This document shows positions 55,191 to 64,000 of a DNA stretch of 64,000 nt, piece by piece (position 1 is the first letter of the stretch; every line of letters begins with the position of its first letter). The DNA comes from Eledone cirrhosa. Lineage: Eukaryota. Made by a program: the position numbers and the translations under genes. The notes beneath the pieces are model-generated. The model saw only the letters and a program-made list of their open reading frames with translations. It had not been told where the DNA came from and did not search any database. The DNA is taken from the NCBI GenBank assembly GCA_964016885.1, contig OZ024747.1, positions 16,678,001-16,742,000 on the forward strand, read 5' to 3'.

Positions 55191-56277
55191 GATACAGTTC
55201 TCTAGTTTTGGAGGCACTGGAAAATTATGAAAGAAAGTTTTATTCCTCTTTCCACTAATTATTTAAATTGCATTCAAGGCATTACGCAGAAATAACGTTT
55301 GGATTAAATGTATCATTACAGATAATTCAACTCCTCCATAATTTGAATTATAGTTTATTATAAGTTGAATAATACTTTTTTTACACATAGGCGAGTACAA
55401 GGTATAAGTATTACTAGAATTTTTTGAAATATTATTTATGTAGAGGCAATTATTGTTGAAGAAAGACACAATGTATAATTATTGTTGAAGAAAGACACAA
55501 TGTATAAATCGTATAATAAACATGATTATAGAAAAATAAATATGAAAATACATTACATTTTCATTATAGAACATATTTAAATTCATGTAACCTACCACTT
55601 ATAATTAATATCATTTATCAGCAGAGGAATTAAAATGCTATTATATTTTAACTCAAATTTATTTTATTATCGCTTTTCAAACAGGAGCAATATCACATTT
55701 AACTATTCTCTAAATTCACTTATATATTCAATACGACAGGAAAACAAAACTATATACTAATCATACAAGCACACACACACAGAATGACATATGAGCAACA
55801 TTTTACATTTTCATACGTACAATTGCTATTACAAATTCATTAAATATTCAGCAATATTTGCGAATTTTATAATGCATGGTTATATGCGAAGGTTTTATAG
55901 TGCATGGCTAACAACCGATTGTCATATTTGAGCTAGTTTTAACGAATGAAATTTGTTAAGTTAACAAAAAGGTGAGCATCCGAACAGCAAGGCACTTAAT
56001 TGTTCTGGGGTTTGATTACAAAAGGTACAAGTTAGTTAACAATGCCCACCATTTCTTTTCAATTTTTTAACTAGTTACTATACTTAAGACACATATACTG
56101 GGTGTTACCCTTCTATTAGATATTGAAATAATATCTACTTACAAAGATAACGTAATGAATATCTAAACTGAAGTTTGATATTCCGTCTATTAGTATTTCC
56201 TTCTACTGACAATGCAAAGTCTAAATTGAAGAATCATATATCCCTACTGATGTAAGCAGCTGGAATTGGATAACATT

Positions 56278-56720
56278 GACACATAGAGTTACGGCCCTTG
56301 CCATTCTGAGTTCAAATCCCGCCGAGGTTAACTTTGCCTTTCATCCTTACGGGGTCGATAAAATGAAATACCAGTAACACTGGGATAATTGCTGGCCTTG
56401 TGCCAAAAAGTAGAAACAATTATCGTTAGTTGAATAGTAGAGGGTCAGGCACCATGCTTTCCAGCATAGAGTTACGTCCCTTTACGGTCCGAGTTCAAAT
56501 CCCGCCCAGGTTAACTTTGCCTTTCATCCTTAATGGGTCGATAAAACAAAGTACGAATAATTGTTTCTACGTTAGGCCAGCAATTATCCAGTGCATTACT
56601 GGTACTTTATTTTATCGACCCCGTAAGGATGAAAGGCAAAGTCAACCTCGGCGGGATTTGAACTCAAATGCACTGGGATAATTACTGGCCTTGTGACAAA
56701 TGTAGAAACAATTATCATTA
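56278..56720 (+). mobile_element. SINE cluster: two + copies, the second containing an inverted SINE segment (about 56557-56667)
   Basis: Core in + orientation twice, then the reverse-complement core, then the + tail resumes (AATGCACTGGGATAATT...GAAACAATTAT). Confidence 0.85.
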
Positions 56721-57112
56721 TTTGAATATGCGTTATAGCATAGCAGCTCATCTTCCTATATATCCTTTGACGTCGGACCGCTTTTGCTTATTTAATAAGT
56801 AAATCTACCAGCACATTTCGTTCCATCGCGTTTTATTTAAAATGGCATATACTTGGATGCTATTTACGGATTCTTCATCTCAATTCCCTATCGTATGAGT
56901 TTATAACGTACGTTACCAACTGCATGTGTCTGTTAATATGTTTTGAGAAATATTCAATAGGAAAAATATTATTTAGTAAGGAACAAACTGGCAGAAAATC
57001 AAGATTGAATGTTTAAGAGAATAGAGAAATGTAATTAGCCGGGCGTTTTAGTACTGTGGCTTATAATGTTTGTTACCTATACCTATGCTACTCAGTTCAT
57101 CAAGTATATATA

Positions 57113-57150
57113 TTTCTTACCACACTTTCTTTGTTATATATAAATAAATG

Positions 57151-57189
<39 letters not shown>

Positions 57190-57401
57190 GTGAATTGGTA
57201 GTTTCTATATATATATAGAGAGAGAGAGAGAAACGACCAACAAATAGCACACACAATGCTCGATTGATAGAAATACGAAGAGCTAAACGTTTTAGAGGAT
57301 ACGTAGCCGGCTTTATTCCTGCACCGTTTCGACGGTTATTCCTGGAGTCCAGAAATAGCCGTCGAAACGGCTTGAGCTCTGCCGTCGGGCTTAAACATTT
57401 T

Positions 57402-57440
<39 letters not shown>

Positions 57441-57531
57441 GCTTAAGTCTTCATTTTTCTATCAATCGAGCATTGTGTGTGCTATTTGTTGGTCGTTTCT
57501 TGATATATATATATAGAAACTACCAGCACAC

Positions 57532-57621
<90 letters not shown>

Positions 57622-57656
57622 TTATTTATATATAACAAAGAAAGTGTGGTAAGAAA
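57113..57656. repeat. Nested 544-bp palindrome centred on a PLE half-hammerhead hairpin
   Basis: Mirrored blocks 57113-57150 / 57618-57656, 57196-57210 / 57510-57525 and 57229-57273 / 57456-57500. Centre hairpin 57324-57370. Confidence 0.88.
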
Positions 57657-57989
57657 CCAGGTGGACCATAACGCACCAGAGTACTCGATACTTAAGGTAT
57701 AAATATTTTATTAATCTATAACATTGCAAACATCTTACTTAAGAGGGATTTTATCATATGCTATTAATTTATTTTAAAATATCTAGCTTGATATCTTTTT
57801 AATGCATTGTTTGTGGTTTGATTATCCTTCATGAATGATGGAAAATAAAGGAAAATTAAATCATATTTATCTCCTTCTGGATTTTGATAGTATTTATATA
57901 TAACAATATCATGTTAAATTAATAGCATATGATAAAATGCCTCTTAAGTAAGATATTTGTAATGTTGTAGATTAATAAAATATTTATAC
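57634..57989 (-). mobile_element. PLE tail joined to a different fold-back body
   Basis: 57634-57698 closely matches tail 8885-8948. Inverted arms 57697-57770 / 57915-57989. Confidence 0.7.
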
Positions 57990-59289
57990 ATATGGAATTT
58001 TAATTTGAAATAATTACAACAATTTACAGATTAATGTGTGAACGTATGTTGATTGTGATTCCAAAGTTCGTCCTTGTCTTTAGAATGCATAGAATAAATT
58101 TGATTAATATAAACAGAAGAGATGTATTCATATATTGTTAGATTTGTGATAAATTCTTTCATATTTTGAAAGTATTAATTTCAAGATTTCTGCATCGTTG
58201 CAGATTTTTCAATAAGTGTAATCCCTCGATGTCTCTCAGGCGACATGTTTACATTGCGTTAAGTGGATGAATATACAATTAATCATTATAAACTTGTAAA
58301 ATTAATTACTTGTGAACGTAGGAGAGCTAGAAGCAAACAATCATCCATCAAATCACATACTAGTGTCTTATAAAACGAATAACATGTTAGACAATACCTT
58401 TCTGTGATTGAATGGTAACTGTCGGAATACTATTGATAGTAGGACTGATAAACAGACATAAAGAGCCACTTCACAATTAACCTAGGTAGAATAAAGCTGG
58501 ATAAAGTGTCATGAGAAAATATAATTAATAGTCTAATGCATTACACCAATTTATGATACTGAAAGGATTTGAATTCGGATGATTTAACTTTCAAATACAC
58601 GAGCTGATGACTAATGTTTATACCAGGCCAAGAAAATATCTGGTCATTTGATTATGTTAGAAATGTAGATTTCCAATAACGACTGATTGGTTGAGATACA
58701 TTAGCATTCAAAATATTTTACAGTGTTCATTTCATCAGTTGCTATTCTGCTGCTTTTGTCATTAATTTCATCATTTCAACGTTGAGAAAATACTTACTAA
58801 TTTAATCATAAAACGATATAAACAATATAATCAAAGTTCTTTCTTATTATGTGTTAATTTTATATATCCTCCATACTTATGATTGATGTCACCAATGCAA
58901 TGAGCACAGAATCGGCATAAAAGGAATTCCTGCCGAATTATTAAACATTTTTCTAATGCGATGCATAACTAAACTTGAATTTCTGCGTGTAATATGAATT
59001 AAATATTTAAAGCGACATCAGTAAACATAGCAAAAAAGTATATATATATATATATGTGTGTGTGTGTGCACGTGTGTTTGTGTGTAAAAGAGAGATGGGG
59101 GAAGGGAGACATACAAATGAAGAAATGATGAAGTGTTACAACTCTCATCTAGTACGTCTTTTATTGAATTAATACCAGTTAAAATTTCAATAAAACAAAA
59201 GTATATATTGTAATTTGAAATAAGAATATGGAACATGGAGGATTCAAAATATTCATTGTGGTCAAATACATTTCCTGGCAGCAACTATA

Positions 59290-59420
59290 TCTTTCAAAAT
59301 ATATCACGGATTGGAATTGCTGTATTAGCTTCTGGGTCTTTACATATTGTATTCAAATTCCGCCAATGTAAATTTGACTTCTTACTTTCCGGTTGTGAAG
59401 TACTGGGGTTGATGTAAGGA
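59290..59420 (+). mobile_element. Highly degenerate SINE
   Basis: TTCAAATTCCGCCAATGTAAATTTGACTT...GTACTGGGGTTGATG resembles the SINE B box and core. Confidence 0.45.
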
Positions 59421-59918
59421 AATTTGCTCTTCGCCAGATTTGTTGGACGTTTGATGAAATTTAAAATTCTTACATTACAACTATTTATATATCTTCTTAC
59501 TGAAGTAGACCTACGATTGTGTAGATTATACATGGGTTTTAAATTGAAAGCACGAGGTTCTTTCAATCATAGCCATCAACATATGTTAATGTTTACAAGT
59601 GAAACATACCAAATTGTGCTTCTCTAAATACACATTACAAAGAAATCATTCCTGGTTATGATTCAGGCAATGTAAATTAACGGGTAATAATTTCCAGCAA
59701 CCATAATGAGATGATGAATTAATGGAAAACAAACCAGTATATCAAAAAACAATACAGATAAAGAACTGAACAAATTAATTGTACTGCAGAAGAAGTCAAT
59801 ATAAGTTTAACATTCCAAACACGAAATGGAAACGTAATTAAAAACAAATTCTGCCATTCAGTGATTTCAACAGGTAACAAATGTTTGCTACCATGAAACC
59901 AGAACTAGCTACAGTTAT

Positions 59919-59951
<33 letters not shown>

Positions 59952-60394
59952 ATGTGTGTGTGTGTGCGTGTGCGTATGCCTGTGCGTGTGTGTGCGGGTG
60001 TGTGTGTGTGTGTGCGCGTGTGTATGTGGGTGTGTGTGTGTGTGTGTATGTGCGCGTGTGTGTAATAACTCTTTCACAATTTAAAATTTCTTACAAACTT
60101 ACAAATCCTGAATTTGCGCATATTCAATGTCAACATATTTGCATGTAATAAATACATGGACATGGAAATGCTATTTATTTTTTCGAGGAAAGTTTCGTAT
60201 TCCCTCACGTTACAATCAGATACACACTATTAAGTATTTTTTCAGTGTGTATTCTTATATATTCAACAACATGGAAATAGAATTTACGTTTACAATCTAC
60301 AATATATATATATATGTATATATATATATTTATATATATATTATATTAAATATATATATATATTATATATATATTATATATATATATTTATATA

Positions 60395-60450
<56 letters not shown>

Positions 60451-61033
60451 ATACGCATGTGAATATATTTGTGTATTGCTATGTGCCTCTATATATACAC
60501 ATATATATTGTATGTGTGTGTAAGCGTGTCATTGTATGAACATCAAACTAATGTGTCGATAGTAAATATACGTTATCACATATATTCATCTTAAACACAC
60601 TAGTCTTAAAATTTAATGTCTTAGAACTTACTGTTACTGCAACATTAATCTCTTCGTGCTACGCTGTGTCTACAGAGCAAATAAAACTGAATTCTTAAGA
60701 ATTAGAAGTTAGAAGAATCTGCTTCTCCCAAGAAACAACACGTAAAATAGAAATTTGTTTTCTTCAGTATAGATTATATATTCATGATGTCTATGTTTCA
60801 CAGATAAATAGTACTTGTTTCTATATGATCCAGTATTATCTCCTAAAACATCTTCAACAGCGTTATAAAAACGTTTTGTTAAAACATCACAAAATATAGT
60901 TGTATATCATTCAATTGAAATTCTTCTTTGGTCTTTTTGTTATCAAAAAACAGTTTATATTGGCTTCTGGGATATTATTCACATAAAAATAGCGAAACAT
61001 ATTTCAACACATTATGCATGCTAAATAAGTACA

Positions 61034-61105
<72 letters not shown>

Positions 61106-63592
61106 ATATATACTCCCCTATATGTAAACAAACAAAGACTCATTTACATATATACACATGTGAGTATTTACAGATGCCAACGATACATGTGATTGAATAT
61201 TATTGCACACAATATACTCTTAGTTAATGTCTAAAGCGCGCTAATCTACGTAAAACCTTTCTTCATATATTGCCATTATTAAAATTGATGGCTTTATTGC
61301 ATGCTGTCACCAAAAGTGTGTTCAACCATTCTATCACCAGGTCTCCGTCACTACAACTGTCACAAAACCTGTCACATATGATATCTCAGCGTTTCTCCTC
61401 CGGAATAAAATCATGCGCACTTTCGGGATTTCTTCCATCATTCCTTTAAACACAGCCTATTGGTTTACGGACATTTTCAACCCACCAATCCTACATTACA
61501 GAGATCTAATATTTGCTCCCTTTTCCAATGAACAGTCAGCATGTTTGACAAATTCATTTGCACTTTCATCAACTGACTTCAATATTCTCGATTTATCCTC
61601 ATCTCTGCTTTAGGCAGAATGCTTGTCGAATAGCAGATCGAATCACAGAACACCTCCACGACGAGACCCGTCACGATCATCCTTTTCCCATCCCAAGCTA
61701 TTCTCACTTTTCCTGTCATAACACTTAAATGTACTCGGATTCACATTACACCACAGCTCAACCAGCTCAGCTTTTCACCGAGAGCAATAACATTTTTATG
61801 AATCAAACTGTTACACTTCACAGGCACAGTGTGTCAGATTGAGTCAGGGTAAATGATGACTGTCTGTGGGTTTGAATGAAATTTGACATAACATATGTGT
61901 ATAAAAGTAAAAAGAAAAATTAAAATATAATATATGTGTATAGCATAACAATAGTTTCTGTAACAATCCTGCTCATAACTGTGATATTATGCAATTGTTT
62001 AACTAATCAAAACTGGCCTTAAAGAGTTATGTTAAGTTATAATCAGAACAGTGCATTTAATATCCATACTTACCGTAATTTCAACAACATTGTTACCATA
62101 AGATCTCGATAATAATTAAAGATTAACAAGGATATAAATAAATAAATGTACACTAAAATCGAGTAAGGGAGAAATGAACGTATTGGAAGAAGTGAGAAAG
62201 AGATATGTGCAGTATGATGGATTGGTAAGACAGAATATATTGTAAATGCACCAATTATTGTTTCTATAATAAAGGACCAGCACATTTGCGGATATAAAAT
62301 GAAATAAATCAGTATATTAATGCCTACTTGAAGAGCAACTGTAGAAGCTTCATGTACTGATGAATTATTTAGGCTAAATATCGAAATCGTTTACCGGATT
62401 ATGTCGTATGTCTCCTTAACCATTTGGCCAATGCTGGGTGAAAATTTAAATCTCAAGTGTTGAACAGATATTCATGCTATCTCCTTTAAATGCTAAATAT
62501 AAGGAACAGCAAATAGTAAGAATATGACTCTTTCAGTAGTACCTTTTGTGTTGTTTGCCTATCTGGTAATTTGGAAATGTAAAAATAGTTAAAGGACAGC
62601 ATGGGTAATCAAGAAAATTGTGCCCAGAATTATCAACGTATATTTTGGATGTTTCGATATTTAATTGTTATCCAAGTATACTTGATTGTTAAGAGCAAAC
62701 CCTTACATATTTCTAAATAGCTATTGCAATTTTAAAAGCAACCGCTCTAAGCAGCACCAAACGATAGCTTCATTACGCAACAATGTACTGTAAATATAAA
62801 GGGACATAATCGCCATTTCTGCTCCAACACTAAGACAGATTATGAAGCGAACTAAATAATATGAAAATTACTTCCATTCACTGCATGACGCTATAGCAAA
62901 GATTGGCTTCTACCCAATTTAGACATTTATAAATACTGTCTCTTCTAATGTAGATTCGTGCTCAAGAAAAATCTTCGCACATACAGAATAGTTAGTATAA
63001 ATAGATACGAAATTGCAAGCAAATTATTACACTTACCGAAAATAGATCTAAACGTATTCAGCCAATATTGACATATGATACGCATCCGAAAACTGTGACA
63101 GAATATATCACTTGAAAGGATTTTACGCATCTGCCGTTGAAATACAATACTCACAGAAAATAATTCGCAAACTATCAATAAAACTACCAGTTACATCTCT
63201 GTTTAATAATGTCTGTCCACAAGTAAAACTTTAATTTGTTTTTACTTATATTTCTTAATACGGACGATATTTACTTGACGTGTATTTGGACAGGCGGGTT
63301 GTTATTTGATATATGTGAAATAGCTAGCTAAATATATGCACAGTGCAAACATTGAACGTATACATCAATTAAAATACAACGATGCAAGATAATCTAGACT
63401 GGAATAGTAATCACGGGTAATATACATATATATCTAAACAAGAGTATGTATATATGCTTCGTTTTAAGATAAGGTATAATCATATATATATACGTGTGAT
63501 TGAATATTCAAAGATGCACATAAACGCACACATACATTACACACACTAAAGCATATACACACATTCAGACACACGCATACTCATACACGCAC

Positions 63593-63623
<31 letters not shown>

Positions 63624-63637
63624 AATACATACACACT

Positions 63638-63670
<33 letters not shown>

Positions 63671-63672
<2 letters not shown>

Positions 63673-63885
63673 CGAAGGGAATGTGGTAAGGAACCAGGTG
63701 GACCATAACGCACCAAAGTACTCAATACTTGAGGTAGTAGAGTGGGTAATAGGAACCAGTAAGACCCCGACAGCTGAGCTCAAGCCGTTTCGACGGCTAA
63801 TTCATAAAGCTCAAGCCGTTTCGACGGCTAATTCAGAATTAGCCGTCGAAACGGCTTGAGCTCAGCTGTCGGGGTCCTACTCGTT

Positions 63886-63890
<5 letters not shown>
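63671..63890 (-). mobile_element. Extremely 5'-truncated fold-back copy of the 8885-12757 PLE
   Basis: 63671-63803 nearly identical to 8884-9016, then a 27-bp local duplication, then an inverted arm 63836-63890 ending at TTCCTAT. Confidence 0.92.
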
Positions 63891-63937
<47 letters not shown>

Positions 63938-63938
<1 letters not shown>

Positions 63939-64000
63939 TTTCGCATATGATAAGAGTCAGGATCCCGGCGGCTGAGCTCCAGCCGTTTCGACAGCTAGAT
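63938..64000 (-). mobile_element. Related PLE pLTR end, cut by the window edge
   Basis: Minus strand GCTGTCGAAACGGCTGGAGCTCAGCCGCCGGGATCC, similar to 27115-27175. Confidence 0.6.

Noticed and set aside
57915-57989. Hammerhead in the arms of the 57697-57989 inverted repeat
   Set aside because: Only AUGAUAA and a possible stem I; GAAA is absent in both arms.
61280-61870. Possible decayed retroelement coding sequence on the minus strand (GDLVIEWLNTLL)
   Set aside because: A single short motif only; too degraded to call.
62351-62405. CUGAUGA - UAUUUA/UAAAUA stem - GAAAU, hammerhead-like
   Set aside because: No convincing stem I or cleavage triplet, and no second copy in the window.

Overview
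AT-rich eukaryotic non-coding DNA, saturated with (TA)n, (CA)n and (CT)n microsatellites. It is most likely cephalopod (Octopus-like); this is inferred from the repeat content only. I cannot support any host protein-coding exon, and nearly all short ORFs in the track are microsatellite artefacts. Recognisable content: (1) a near-intact Penelope-like retroelement (PLE) at 8885-12757 (-), with one 717-codon RT + GIY-YIG frame broken by a single TGA and resembling the Hydra clade; (2) two decayed Neptune-like PLE pieces (19620-21670 as a fold-back, and 43061-45578); (3) RTE-type LINE fragments; (4) more than 12 tRNA-derived SINE copies. The main signal is that at least six unrelated sequence families carry type I hammerhead ribozyme (HHR) folds readable by eye, mostly in one architecture inserted in (TA)n: [inverted arm] - [variable turn] - [arm with HHR] - [unpaired tail of about 60-110 bp]. 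Three PLE 3' UTRs show a variant catalytic core UUGANAA, i.e. a compensatory U3-A8 pair instead of C3-G8. One family is a non-coding 441-bp head-to-tail unit with a minimal HHR, resembling a retrozyme or circular-RNA element. All folds and alignments were done by eye and need computational confirmation.
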